Shown piece after piece: positions 43,245 to 53,659 of a stretch of 64,000 nt of DNA. Below the pieces are notes generated by a model. It was not told the DNA's origin. It made no database searches and saw only the letters and a program-made list of their open reading frames with translations. Made by a program: the position numbers and the translations under genes. Location: the sequence record SRR9188677_103; one strand, written 5' to 3'. The first letter of the stretch is position 1, and each line of letters begins with the position of its first letter.

Positions 43245-44068
43245 GCAATAATTTGTTTTATTCTGAACTTAGCAATTGTCCATAGGTTGACGAATGTTAA
43301 CACGAAGCCGGGTGCAATCCGGTTACGCCTTTTGATCAGATCATATTCGCGGAATATTTCAAGATCCCTGTTCTGGCCTACACCATCCGCCCGCCAGCGG
43401 GAGATAATCATGTCTGCCAGAAATACATCCGGAAATTTGCTATAAGCCCGTAACAGGTGTTCATAATCCATACTGAACCGGAGGTCTTCGTCAAAGTAGC
43501 CGTACTTATCAAAAAAAGACCTGTGTGTGAACAGGCCCTGGTGGTACAATGACATTTTCCAAAGAAGGGATCCCGGATCAAATTTCCCTGAACGCGGCTG
43601 AGGCGAAATCCACAGTGTTTGATGAATATCTTTTTCATGCACCCGCCGGATTCTACCTGATATGAGTGATGGCCTGGCTGGACCCAGTTGTTTCACCATT
43701 TCACTGATTACCGCATCTGATTCCATTACATCACCTGCCCCCTGGAAATTGATATACCCCCCCTGCGCCAATCTTACACCCTTGTTAAACGCATCACCGA
43801 TGCCGTTATCGGGCTCACTGATCCAGTAATCAATGCGGCTATCATATCTCTGTATAATAGCCAGGGACCCATCTGTAGAACCTCCATCAATAATCAATAA
43901 TTCTTTATTCGGGTAGGTTTGACCGAGTATACTCAGCAGGGTGGTTTCGAGTGTTTCGGCAGCATTGTAAATAGCTACCACGAATGAAATTACGGGTAAT
44001 GAATCCTGCCATTCCTGCTGTTGTCCCAAACATCTTTTGCCTCCCTGCTTACGTAAATCCTCACTCAT
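43241..44068 (-). CDS. Glycosyltransferase family 2
   Basis: IIDGGSTDGS, WISEPDNGIGDAFNKG, HQG, MDYE. Confidence 0.9.
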   Translation of the reverse strand: MSEDLRKQGGKRCLGQQQEWQDSLPVISFVVAIYNAAETLETTLLSILGQTYPNKELLIIDGGSTDGSLAIIQRYDSRIDYWISEPDNGIGDAFNKGVRLAQGGYINFQGAGDVMESDAVISEMVKQLGPARPSLISGRIRRVHEKDIHQTLWISPQPRSGKFDPGSLLWKMSLYHQGLFTHRSFFDKYGYFDEDLRFSMDYEHLLRAYSKFPDVFLADMIISRWRADGVGQNRDLEIFREYDLIKRRNRIAPGFVLTFVNLWTIAKFRIKQIIA

Positions 44069-44107
44069 ATATCAGTTTTTATCCCTGCTGCCTGTGTCTG
44101 GATTGGC

Positions 44108-45067
44108 TTATTTTGAAAGCGTTTTCCGGATCACCCGGTATACCCTGTTGATGAGAGAATATAGTTTGGCGCCAAAAAAAAGCAAACCTGCCAGCAACCA
44201 CCTGCAGTTTTTAAATAACGGGATTTGGGCAATAACTCTGTTCTGAAAAAGCAGAATAAGGTCATCATAACGGTTACTCAGAAAATCAGCATACAAAATA
44301 ATGTAGTAAAACGCATTCAGCTTCTTTGTATGTTGGTTTGAAATAAAGAAACCAAATCCGAATTTACTGATCAACTCATTCAGAATAGCCTGATACTCTA
44401 CCACATTTACCTCCTGCACATCTTTACGGTTAAAGGTATTATCATGTTCCCGCCTGAGAGAAAGTGCATTTTCATTAAATGCAATATGTGCAAAATGCAG
44501 AATGTAGAAAATATAAGACACATCCTGACTAATCCTGTATTTCTGTTCGAATTGATAATATTTTTTAAAAAAATCTTTGTGCACCATGATCGAACATGCA
44601 TAAAACCAATAGAGGAAGTGAGTAACCGGTGCAGCGTGTTTAGGAAAGATGGAGTATTTATCTCTTCTTTCTTCTATTGTGTTTGAAAACTGAAAAAACA
44701 AACGTGTATTGGAAACAGCACAGTCTGCACCCGGCAGGGTGTTAAGTGCAGCCACCTGTGTTTCAATGTGCTTAGGCTGGTAAATATCATCGTGGCTGAG
44801 CCAGGAAAAATACTCGCCCTTCATATGCATGATACCGGTATGCAACGCAGTAGAAACTCCTCCGTTCTCTTGTTCGATATAACGGATCTTATCCCCATAA
44901 CCCAGGGCAACTTCCCTTGTGGCTCCATTATCTTTTGATCCATCATTTACAACCAGTATCTCAATTGGCTGATAAGTTTGAGCCAACGCACAATCGATAG
45001 CTTCCGCTAAATAGTTAGAACCGTTATATACAGGTATCACAATAGAAACCAATGGGCTATTACTCAT
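44108..45067 (-). CDS. Glycosyltransferase family 2
   Basis: VSIVIPVYNG, VVNDGSKD, NGGVSTAL, SWLSHDD. Confidence 0.9.
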   Translation of the reverse strand: MSNSPLVSIVIPVYNGSNYLAEAIDCALAQTYQPIEILVVNDGSKDNGATREVALGYGDKIRYIEQENGGVSTALHTGIMHMKGEYFSWLSHDDIYQPKHIETQVAALNTLPGADCAVSNTRLFFQFSNTIEERRDKYSIFPKHAAPVTHFLYWFYACSIMVHKDFFKKYYQFEQKYRISQDVSYIFYILHFAHIAFNENALSLRREHDNTFNRKDVQEVNVVEYQAILNELISKFGFGFFISNQHTKKLNAFYYIILYADFLSNRYDDLILLFQNRVIAQIPLFKNCRWLLAGLLFFGAKLYSLINRVYRVIRKTLSK

Positions 45068-45121
45068 ACTACAATTTTCTTTAAACAGTTTGTCAACCTA
45101 TTCAACAGGCATATGCCGGTT

Positions 45122-45982
45122 CTACTTCAGATAATGGGCATATTGTCCGGGTCTTGTATGCATAAAGGCAAACATATCTTTGATCATTTCCTCATAAGAA
45201 GGAATGACATAGTCAAATTCTTTTCGTGTATCTACCAGACTTTTATCAGAAACCACCCCATCTACTGCGATAATTTCAACAGGATGATGGCTGTATTTTT
45301 TAAACAGTTTCAACAACTCATACTTACTGATTGGGGTACCATTGGTAATATGATACAAACCGGTAGTGCCCTGATGGATGGCTCTCTTCACCGCTTTGGC
45401 CAGTTCAAGGGTAGTTACTCCCGACCAGATACTTTTTGTGTATCCATTAATCACACCTGTTCTGCACATAAACCAATGAAACAATTCCTCTCCTCCCGGT
45501 GCCAATTCAGGTCCAACCACAGAAGTACGCAAGGTAAGGTGGGTATCATTGATGACTTCACCCAATGCCTTTGTTCTTGCATAAACACCTGATCCGTCTT
45601 TTTCGTCGTTTTCTCTATAATATCCCTTCTTTCCCGAAAAAACGCAATCTGTTGAGATATGAATCAGTTTTGCATGAATACTGTTTGCCAGTTTTGCCAG
45701 GTGGTTAGGCAGGTAGGCATTCAGGAAAATAGCATTTTCAGGATCTGATGCAGACCCCTCGATAAGTATACCGGCGCAATTGATGATATAATCGGGATGC
45801 AAGCGCTGAACCAGCTGGTCCAGTTCTTTCTCCTTACGCAAATCGAGCAGGATTGAGGAATCTGACACTTTTCTGGTACGGGCAAGATCATGGATCTCGA
45901 ATTCCTGAGAAGCAGCAAGGGTATTGTACACCTGGTGCCCGATTAAGCCGCTTGAACCCAGGAGTAATATCTTTTTCTGCAT
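45122..45982 (-). CDS. RmlD-like SDR, probable UDP-4-keto-6-deoxy-HexNAc 4-reductase (QnlA/WbvR type)
   Basis: LGSSGLIG, INCAG, HISTDCVFSG, YARTKALGE; 286 aa with no C-terminal cupin; downstream of fnlA and a 2-epimerase. Confidence 0.75.
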   Translation of the reverse strand: MQKKILLLGSSGLIGHQVYNTLAASQEFEIHDLARTRKVSDSSILLDLRKEKELDQLVQRLHPDYIINCAGILIEGSASDPENAIFLNAYLPNHLAKLANSIHAKLIHISTDCVFSGKKGYYRENDEKDGSGVYARTKALGEVINDTHLTLRTSVVGPELAPGGEELFHWFMCRTGVINGYTKSIWSGVTTLELAKAVKRAIHQGTTGLYHITNGTPISKYELLKLFKKYSHHPVEIIAVDGVVSDKSLVDTRKEFDYVIPSYEEMIKDMFAFMHTRPGQYAHYLK

Positions 45983-45991
45983 AGATATTTA

Positions 45992-47119
45992 TCAGGGTAT
46001 TTTATGCCAAACCGTACGGTTAATATAATCTGTATAGGAAAGAATGATTCTTAATACTTTTTTAGAAACATTATCAACATCATAATCCTTCACCACTTTC
46101 ATGGCTCTTTTTTCACTGTGCTGTTTGGTAACCACATTGATAGCTTCGATTACCCTGTCTTTTTTCAGGCCAGACATGATAAGTGTGCCCTCATCCATCC
46201 CCTCAGGGCGCTCATGTGCCTGGCGAATGGTAACTGCCGGTAAATTCATGAGCGATCCTTCTTCCGAAATGGTACCACTATCCGATATCACACAAAAAGC
46301 TTTCAATTGAAGATGATTGTATTCGTGAAAACCATAGGGTTTTGAAAACCTGATCAGTTTGTTGGTATGCTGGTAACCGATCTCTTCCAGCTTTTTTCTT
46401 GTTCTTGGATGCGTTGAAATAATAACATGTTTCTTATACACATTGGTAATCTCTTCTATCGTTTCAAGCAGGTCGTCAAAATTTTGTTTTGAATCCACAT
46501 TTTCTTCTCTGTGAATGCTCATCAGGATATACTCGCCTGCCTTCAAATCTTCTTTTACAAGAATATCCGATTGAAGAATCTTTTCCATATTAGCATTTAA
46601 TACTTCCAACATGGGAGAACCTGTTTTGATGATCGTTTCAGGTTTGATGCCTTCGTTAATGAGGTACTGACGTGCATGTTCAGACAAGGGCATATTGATA
46701 TCACTCAGGTGATCAACTATTTTTCTGTTCACCTCTTCTGGTACACGTTGATCAAAACAACGGTTTCCGGCTTCCATGTGAAAAATGGGTACTTTTCTCT
46801 TTTTGGCAGGAATGACTGATAGACAACTGTTGGTATCGCCATACACCAGAATGGCATCGGGATTAATCTTTGTGATAATAGCATCTGCTTTGGCAATGAT
46901 ATCACCTATGGTTTCAGAAACAGTGCCTTTTACTGCCTCCAGAAAATAATCGGGTTTGCGGATAGCCAGTTGTTCAAAAAAAAGTTCATTCAGTTCATAA
47001 TCATAATTCTGTCCTGTATGAACCAACACATGCTCAGTATTTCTATCCAGTTCTTTGATCACTTCACTTAATTTGATGATCTCGGGCCTGGTTCCCACTA
47101 TGGTCATTACTTTAATCAT
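45992..47119 (-). CDS. UDP-6-deoxy-HexNAc 2-epimerase (FnlC/WbjD/QnlB family)
   Basis: VGTRPEIIKL, HTGQNYDYEL, GDTNS, HMEAGNRCFD..VPEE.NR, SDSGT, ERPEG. Confidence 0.9.
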   Translation of the reverse strand: MIKVMTIVGTRPEIIKLSEVIKELDRNTEHVLVHTGQNYDYELNELFFEQLAIRKPDYFLEAVKGTVSETIGDIIAKADAIITKINPDAILVYGDTNSCLSVIPAKKRKVPIFHMEAGNRCFDQRVPEEVNRKIVDHLSDINMPLSEHARQYLINEGIKPETIIKTGSPMLEVLNANMEKILQSDILVKEDLKAGEYILMSIHREENVDSKQNFDDLLETIEEITNVYKKHVIISTHPRTRKKLEEIGYQHTNKLIRFSKPYGFHEYNHLQLKAFCVISDSGTISEEGSLMNLPAVTIRQAHERPEGMDEGTLIMSGLKKDRVIEAINVVTKQHSEKRAMKVVKDYDVDNVSKKVLRIILSYTDYINRTVWHKIP

Positions 47120-47122
47120 AAC

Positions 47123-48142
47123 TTATTTTTTAAGCTCGTTTTGAATGAACTCCAGCTTTAACAGGAGGGCTTCCATTTGCGCTACTGTTAACCGCTCTGT
47201 ATTTTCTGATGTATAATCATCTATTTTGGAAAGGTTCTGTTCTCCTTCTTCAAAATATTTTGCATAGTTGAGATCGCGTGTATCTGCTTTGATGCGGTAG
47301 TAATCGCCCATATCTTCCGATTGGAGGAACTCTTCTTTACTCAGGAGTGCTTCATGCATTTTTTCGCCATGTCTTGTACCGATAACCCGAACTTCATTAT
47401 TTGAATTAAATATTTTCTGCAAAGCTTCTACCAGCGTAAGAATAGTGGCACCGGGTGCTTTCTGCACAAAAGTATCGCCCTGGTTGCCATTATTGAAAGC
47501 AAACTGCACCAATTCAACAGCATCAGGAAGCGACATCATAAACCTTGTCATTTCAGGGTCTGTGATCGTAATCGGCAATCCTTTTTTAATTAATTCTGTG
47601 AATAGCGGAATTACAGAACCCCTTGATGCCATTACATTTCCATAACGGGTAGCAGATAATACCGTTTTATCTGCGGGAAGGTTTCTCGATTTGGCTACCA
47701 TCACTTTTTCCATCATGGCTTTCGACATCCCCATCGCGTTAATTGGGTATACCGCTTTATCGGTACTTAACACAATAACCCTCTCTACACCGTTACTGAT
47801 AGCAGCATCGATGGTATTGGCAGTACCATATACGTTTGTCTTAACAGCTTCCAACGGATAAAACTCGCAGGAGGGCACCTGTTTTAATGCAGCAGCTGAA
47901 AAAACATAATCCACACCACGCATCGCAGATTGAAGGGAATCAATATCCCGTACATCTCCTATATAGAATTTGATCTTATCATTTCTATACTGGTGCCGCA
48001 TATCATCCTGTTTTTTTTCATCGCGGCTGAATATCCTGATCTCACTGATATCCGTATCCAGAAACTTATCCAGCACAGCATTACCAAAAGAACCTGTGCC
48101 GCCTGTAATCAACAGGGTTTTATTTTTAAAAGAATAGCTCAT
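47123..48142 (-). CDS. fnlA: UDP-GlcNAc 4,6-dehydratase/5-epimerase (FnlA/WbjB/CapE)
   Basis: ITGGTGSFG, FSRDEKKQDDMR, AALKQVPSCEF, STDKAVYPINAMGMSKA, RYGNVMASRGSV. Confidence 0.92.
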   Translation of the reverse strand: MSYSFKNKTLLITGGTGSFGNAVLDKFLDTDISEIRIFSRDEKKQDDMRHQYRNDKIKFYIGDVRDIDSLQSAMRGVDYVFSAAALKQVPSCEFYPLEAVKTNVYGTANTIDAAISNGVERVIVLSTDKAVYPINAMGMSKAMMEKVMVAKSRNLPADKTVLSATRYGNVMASRGSVIPLFTELIKKGLPITITDPEMTRFMMSLPDAVELVQFAFNNGNQGDTFVQKAPGATILTLVEALQKIFNSNNEVRVIGTRHGEKMHEALLSKEEFLQSEDMGDYYRIKADTRDLNYAKYFEEGEQNLSKIDDYTSENTERLTVAQMEALLLKLEFIQNELKK

Positions 48143-49347
48143 AATGTGATTTGCTTATAAATAGTTTGGTAGGACTGTATGGTTATTTTTTTCAATTTTT
48201 CAAAATTAGCGTCTTCCTGAATTTTAAGCATATTTATTTGGGCCGCCGAATTCACCATTTCATCATCAGCCAACGCTTTGCGGATGGCCATTTCAACTGT
48301 TTCCGGATCTTCGGGCGGTACAATCAATCCGGAAATACCGTCCCGGATCCAGTCTGATGCGCAGGCAGTGCAGGATTGAATAGGAAAAGAACCCATCGAC
48401 ATGGCTTCCAGCAGCGAAGTGCTGATCGCATCCCCGATACTCAAACCGATCGAAATGCGGGCCATCCCATGATGTCGGAGTATTTCCTTATGCGGGGTAT
48501 TGCCGGGTAAAAGCTGTACCGGTATATTAATTTCCTGTGATAACAGTGTGGAAGCAATCCTGATGTCTTCTGCATCGGTATTGGTGTAAATCACAATGGT
48601 ATACCCATTCAATACATCTTTACAACGGGCAAGTGCCCGTATGCCCACCAGTGCTCTTCCGGCCCATCCCTGGTAACCTTTCAGCATAATCAGTTTTCGG
48701 CGGGAAGTTTCCGCTAAACCCATGCGGCAGGATTCTATGAACCCTGCATCAAAGCCGCCTGAATTGGGGTAAACCGGGAAACTTGTTTTGCTGTATCCAA
48801 AATCGCGGGCCAGCTGTATATCCCTGTTACATTCGCATGAATAGTAATCACAATTGGCCAATACACTTTTTATCCGGGATATATGTGCCGGCATCCGGCC
48901 AAAAATAAAAATATCACTACCCCAGTTGGCATGCCACCATTTGGGGAAGGGCCGGTTGGTAAAAAAGTCTCTCTTAACACTGTCTACCAGGTATCCCGCA
49001 CCCTGGGTTTCCATTGAATGGATGATATCGGGTTTAATGCTATGGATGTATCCGGCTAACCGTTTTTCATAGTAACGGGGGTTCCACTTTTTGCTGAGTA
49101 TTTCAAAAATTTTGTAAAGCAGTACAAATTGTCTTGTCAGTCCTTTTTTCCGGGCCCATTTATACAAACCAAAGAAAGGTATGCATTGGGTTATTTTAGT
49201 AAGATCTATATTGATCCATAAATGGTCGTAAGATGGAAAAAGGTAGATATCCCAGCCTTCCTCTTCAATCTGACTGATCCACCTGGCCGTATGAACACTA
49301 CCTGAAAGCGCAACAATCAAAATTTTCATCTTCTTTTCTGAATACAT
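48139..49347 (-). CDS. Glycosyltransferase family 4
   Basis: SVHTARW, WGSDI, STSLLEAMSMG. Confidence 0.8.
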   Translation of the reverse strand: MYSEKKMKILIVALSGSVHTARWISQIEEEGWDIYLFPSYDHLWINIDLTKITQCIPFFGLYKWARKKGLTRQFVLLYKIFEILSKKWNPRYYEKRLAGYIHSIKPDIIHSMETQGAGYLVDSVKRDFFTNRPFPKWWHANWGSDIFIFGRMPAHISRIKSVLANCDYYSCECNRDIQLARDFGYSKTSFPVYPNSGGFDAGFIESCRMGLAETSRRKLIMLKGYQGWAGRALVGIRALARCKDVLNGYTIVIYTNTDAEDIRIASTLLSQEINIPVQLLPGNTPHKEILRHHGMARISIGLSIGDAISTSLLEAMSMGSFPIQSCTACASDWIRDGISGLIVPPEDPETVEMAIRKALADDEMVNSAAQINMLKIQEDANFEKLKKITIQSYQTIYKQITL

Positions 49348-49368
49348 TATAGGAGTTACTATCCGGCT

Positions 49369-50391
49369 TTATTTGCGCCTGCCCATCAAAAGCTTTAACA
49401 CCACAAATATAGGGTATCCAGCCAAAAAGGGATACAATACCAAACCCTTACGTGGAGTGGCTTCAAGAGTCGGATGCGTATACTTTTTTACTTCAGATCT
49501 TGTATACAGTGTCCCATAAAACCTTAATAGATTTTTTACGGCATCTTTTATCCTGAATTGCGCTATTAATTTTACGATGATGGTCCCGTAAATAGTCTGG
49601 ATCTGTCCGAAAGTCAGAAAATGCCGGGGCAACAGAATATTCGCAATACTGGCGCTACCGTTAATTTTCTGAAAGTAATGTATCCCCCATAAAATATATC
49701 CAAGATTTACCTGGTTAAATTCATTGATATTTCTCTCCTGGTTATTCCGTCCGAAACTCTGAACAGTAAAATTAAATTTAACCAATGCTTCCTGCAGGTT
49801 ATGCATCAGTAACCCCATTTCTGCAAACCGAACCCATAATTCATAATCTGCTGCCACATGGTATTTTGTATTATACTCTCCCACCTGCAGCAGTTTTTCT
49901 TTATTCATCAATACACTTACATGAATGATGGATGAGTGAGAAAACAAGCCTGTCAGTATCTGGTTATTATTTTCAGGGAACCTGATTTCAGAATCAACGC
50001 CGGTATCTGAATCAGCGCAGATGGCATTTGTGCCGCACAAAGCTATTTCGGGGTGTGCGAGCATGAATTGAACCTGTGCCTCCAGTTTACCCGGGAAAAA
50101 AACATCGTCCGCATCTATTCTGGCTATATATTCTCCGGCTGAATAGCCGATACCAGCATTCAAGGAGGCTGTTTGGCCCATGTTCTTCTCATTATTAAAC
50201 AGCTTTATCCTTTTATCAGCTAAGGCATACTGTTCAATAATCTGCACGGTCTGATCCTTACTTCCATCATTCACAAGAATAAGCTCCCAGTTAGTATATG
50301 TCTGAGCGATTACGCTCTCAACAGAGTTACGTAATGTTGCTTCGCCATTATATACTGCACAAACAACAGAAACCAGAGGCTTTTTTACCAT
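49369..50391 (-). CDS. Glycosyltransferase family 2
   Basis: VSVVCAVYNG, VNDGSKD, ARIDADD, ADYELW; ATG 50391 (TTG 50457 alternative). Confidence 0.9.
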   Translation of the reverse strand: MVKKPLVSVVCAVYNGEATLRNSVESVIAQTYTNWELILVNDGSKDQTVQIIEQYALADKRIKLFNNEKNMGQTASLNAGIGYSAGEYIARIDADDVFFPGKLEAQVQFMLAHPEIALCGTNAICADSDTGVDSEIRFPENNNQILTGLFSHSSIIHVSVLMNKEKLLQVGEYNTKYHVAADYELWVRFAEMGLLMHNLQEALVKFNFTVQSFGRNNQERNINEFNQVNLGYILWGIHYFQKINGSASIANILLPRHFLTFGQIQTIYGTIIVKLIAQFRIKDAVKNLLRFYGTLYTRSEVKKYTHPTLEATPRKGLVLYPFLAGYPIFVVLKLLMGRRK

Positions 50392-50468
50392 AAGACCGGA
50401 TAAATATTTAGTATAAAGATGGGTAGATTGGTTTGTTCTTAAAGTGATCGGATCCAATAAATTTCACA

Positions 50469-51335
50469 TTACGCGATCCTTTCAACCCAGAATGAGCTTA
50501 ACTGTTCATCGGGGTTTGCAGGATCAAAGAATGAAAATCCAATTTTCATTTCATCAGCGGCAGTTACCTGCATATATTTTGAGGGCCAGATGATACGGAA
50601 CGATTTATTGAACATCATAAATGTCTGTACCAGATAGGATTCATTCCAGTACATATTACCATTGATGATCCATTCTTTGGGATAATCAACAGGGATCATA
50701 ATATCATGCCAATGGATCAATGCACCCACTTTCATCCTAGGCACTATTTCCAACATCTCATAATTCACATCCGAATCGATCTTGGATACATGCGAAGAAT
50801 CGATAAAAAGAATATCTGCATCTGTAAATATATCCAAAGGCACTTCCTGTACCTTTTTAGTGATCAAGCTGAAATGGTCATTATCCATTGTTTTTAAATA
50901 ATCTCTTGGATAAGGTTCTATCGCTGTCATGGAATAACTAAAACCTTCCTGGGAATTTTTCTCCAGAGCACTTAATGCAATCTTTGTTGATTCGCCCGAT
51001 CCGATCTCTATCATTTTCAAGGGTTTTCTTTCCCTGATCAGTGTATACAAAACAAAAGCGTCTACCTGTGCAAGCCCGCCATTGGCATATGGTTTGTATT
51101 CCTCGAGGTACTTTTTACAGGTATCTTTTATAAAATCTGTATACGCCACACTTTGAAAATCCAGTCCCGGGCATTCTCCTATACGGTCAAATACAGCAGG
51201 ATTAACTTCGTTCATATCCGGTATGGGTGAATAATAATGTACCGGGGTAATATGGACATTCAGTTTTCTCTCAAGAAATTTTATATTCTTTGGCCGCTTA
51301 ACATAGTTGATTATTTTCTGAACTAAATTGAACAT
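50469..51335 (-). CDS. Class I SAM-dependent methyltransferase (paralog of 18944-19900)
   Basis: HYYSP, IEIGSGEST, AIEPY, DILFIDSSH, IHWHDI, WNESYL. Confidence 0.85.
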   Translation of the reverse strand: MFNLVQKIINYVKRPKNIKFLERKLNVHITPVHYYSPIPDMNEVNPAVFDRIGECPGLDFQSVAYTDFIKDTCKKYLEEYKPYANGGLAQVDAFVLYTLIRERKPLKMIEIGSGESTKIALSALEKNSQEGFSYSMTAIEPYPRDYLKTMDNDHFSLITKKVQEVPLDIFTDADILFIDSSHVSKIDSDVNYEMLEIVPRMKVGALIHWHDIMIPVDYPKEWIINGNMYWNESYLVQTFMMFNKSFRIIWPSKYMQVTAADEMKIGFSFFDPANPDEQLSSFWVERIA

Positions 51336-51341
51336 AAGTAT

Positions 51342-52850
51342 TTATGTTTTTGAGATCTTCGCAATGAGTGAGGTGTAGCTGACAGGTGCAAAAAAGTTGT
51401 TTACATACAAACGGATGCGTTCCAATTGCTTAAGCTTGGTTTCAGAAATATCACGTTCATTTACAATCCGGGAAAAATCATCAACTGTACTTATTGAAAA
51501 TATTTTGTCATTTACTTCGTACAAAGGGTCAATGACCATTTCATTTGTATAAAGATATAAGGGTATCAGCCCTGCATTAACAGATTGAATAATGGCTGTT
51601 GAACCTCGGTATAATGCCCATACAGAACAATTAATATCTTCTTCCAGTAATGACGTGGATAACCTGATATTAGAAGGAAGATTCTTTTTCGGCCCTACAT
51701 GATGTAATATTTCTTCAAAAGATATTACCGGGTGTACCCGCCAGATAAAATAGATATCCGGAAACTGTTTGGCGCAGGCAATTGAAAAATTGAATAACAG
51801 TAAACATTCAGAAAGTAACCCTTCCGGAATAACCAGACAGGCAGGTTGTTTACGTAATCCGGAAGATGAAACCAAATGGTTTTGTACAGAAGCCCTGTCG
51901 GAACCCAGTACATCCAGACTGATACCACCTAAACGGGATGATTTCCCCAATTGTTGCAGCCCTACTTTTCCGGCTGTAAATATGTGGTCTGGGTTATACT
52001 GTTCAGACAGGTTCCGGCGAATGGCATGTTGTAAACGGAAGATGGCAGCATGCTGGTATCCAAAACAACGAATATCCGGGTTACCCTTTCTTGCGGAAGC
52101 AAATACCACACGCTCCCATGCGTGCCCTTCGTAAGTAGTTATCACAAATTTAGGGCGCAGGTTCTTTACGAGTCTTTGCACCTGCCTTCCGATCCTCAGA
52201 TTATGAATGGCCTTTCCCGAACTGGCTTCATGTGCCGCTTTAAAGGCAACTTTTTTCAGCAGCCCATCCCCCGTTCTTTTACCATATGATGAAAGATGCA
52301 GAGATTCTCTAAGACAGTTAAGGTACAATCCCAATTCGCTAAAAAAACCCAAAACATCTGCCAATATAAAGCGTGGCACATTTGCTCTTTTCCATGTAGC
52401 AGACAATACTCTGCCTGGCTGCCTTGTATGATTAATTAAAACAAAAGCACTCTGTATCCCCTGTTCATATAATTTGTCTGCAAGGATGCCAAAATAAAAA
52501 TCAGCATCCTTACCGGCCTGTGTTACATTCAATAAATGAGAAACAAAGATAACCTCTGTTCTTTCTGTTTGTTTATGAGAACTGCTCCACCAACGGCTTT
52601 TGGCCAGTATCAGTTTTGACAGGTGTGCGAGTTGTTTTACCAGCAATCTGAACAGGTAGGACATTCCCCCTGTGCGGGTTAACTGATCCTTTTCTTCCCG
52701 GAAGAGGCTTGCATATGTTTCGAGGAAAACCGGGTGTTCCCGTATTACATGTAACCAGGGTAAGGCCACACGTTCTATACTGCTTCCTGGCTCCATCAAC
52801 AGTTGGTCGCAGGCATCACAAAGCGAATGATATTGCTGTTCAGAGATCAA
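51342..52850 (-). CDS. Hypothetical surface-carbohydrate biosynthesis protein, possible ulosonate transferase (GT-B-like)
   Basis: TTYEGHAWER, GYQHA, WRVHP, GSTA motifs; directly downstream of the CMP-transferase. Confidence 0.5.
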   Translation of the reverse strand: MISEQQYHSLCDACDQLLMEPGSSIERVALPWLHVIREHPVFLETYASLFREEKDQLTRTGGMSYLFRLLVKQLAHLSKLILAKSRWWSSSHKQTERTEVIFVSHLLNVTQAGKDADFYFGILADKLYEQGIQSAFVLINHTRQPGRVLSATWKRANVPRFILADVLGFFSELGLYLNCLRESLHLSSYGKRTGDGLLKKVAFKAAHEASSGKAIHNLRIGRQVQRLVKNLRPKFVITTYEGHAWERVVFASARKGNPDIRCFGYQHAAIFRLQHAIRRNLSEQYNPDHIFTAGKVGLQQLGKSSRLGGISLDVLGSDRASVQNHLVSSSGLRKQPACLVIPEGLLSECLLLFNFSIACAKQFPDIYFIWRVHPVISFEEILHHVGPKKNLPSNIRLSTSLLEEDINCSVWALYRGSTAIIQSVNAGLIPLYLYTNEMVIDPLYEVNDKIFSISTVDDFSRIVNERDISETKLKQLERIRLYVNNFFAPVSYTSLIAKISKT

Positions 52851-52865
52851 ATAAAGAAATTTGTT

Positions 52866-53645
52866 TTATTGAACAGGTGATTGCTTCAGGATGGTTTTCA
52901 GCAGTTCGGCCTGCTCCGCATTGTTTTCGATATAATCGAGTACGATGTGCGCTTCTGCCGGTTCGTTAACCGATGGCAAACTTGGATTAACCGGAACAGA
53001 GTGCAAGGCAAATCCATTTTCAATGATCCGCATCTGTTCAATGAATTCAACGGTTTCTATCGGTGCTGCGGGCATCTCGGTAAGTGCCATAAGGAACTCT
53101 TTCCGGTAGGCGATCAATCCCAATATTTTTCTCGTGAATGCCTGTTGTTTGGCCAGTTCACTATAAAAAGGGGATCGCCTGAAACAGAACATAACCCGGT
53201 CTTTGCGATCAACTGCGCATTTAACAAATGAATGGCGGTCCAGTTCCTCCGCTTGCTCAATAGGACCGGTGGCATTCCAGGCATCGCCTGATGGATTGGC
53301 TTCCATGGCTTTTGCCAGTGTTTGCAGGTGCCTGGGGAGCAAAAGAGGCTCATCACCCTGGAGTAAGATAACATGGGTGCAATCAATATTCTTTACCGCT
53401 TCGGCGATCCGGCTGGTTCCATTTGTATGTGTATTGGCTGTCATGATCACTTTTCCGCCAAAACCAGTGATCGCAGCTGCAATTTCTTCATCACAGGTAG
53501 CCACATATACATCAGCTACCGCACCCGATAACAAGGCCCTTCTGCGCACATGTTCGATCATGGGCAATCCATGAAACTGGAAAAGTATTTTCCGCGGAAA
53601 GCGCACCGAAGCCAGGTGCGCCGGGATTACAGCAACTATTTTCAT
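52866..53645 (-). CDS. KdsB-family CMP-ulosonate cytidylyltransferase (divergent)
   Basis: VIPAHLASVRFPRKIL, PMIEHV, VAT, GTSRIAEA, QGDEP, EQMR; ATG 53645. Confidence 0.85.
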   Translation of the reverse strand: MKIVAVIPAHLASVRFPRKILFQFHGLPMIEHVRRRALLSGAVADVYVATCDEEIAAAITGFGGKVIMTANTHTNGTSRIAEAVKNIDCTHVILLQGDEPLLLPRHLQTLAKAMEANPSGDAWNATGPIEQAEELDRHSFVKCAVDRKDRVMFCFRRSPFYSELAKQQAFTRKILGLIAYRKEFLMALTEMPAAPIETVEFIEQMRIIENGFALHSVPVNPSLPSVNEPAEAHIVLDYIENNAEQAELLKTILKQSPVQ

Positions 53646-53659
53646 AAACAGGTTTTCTA

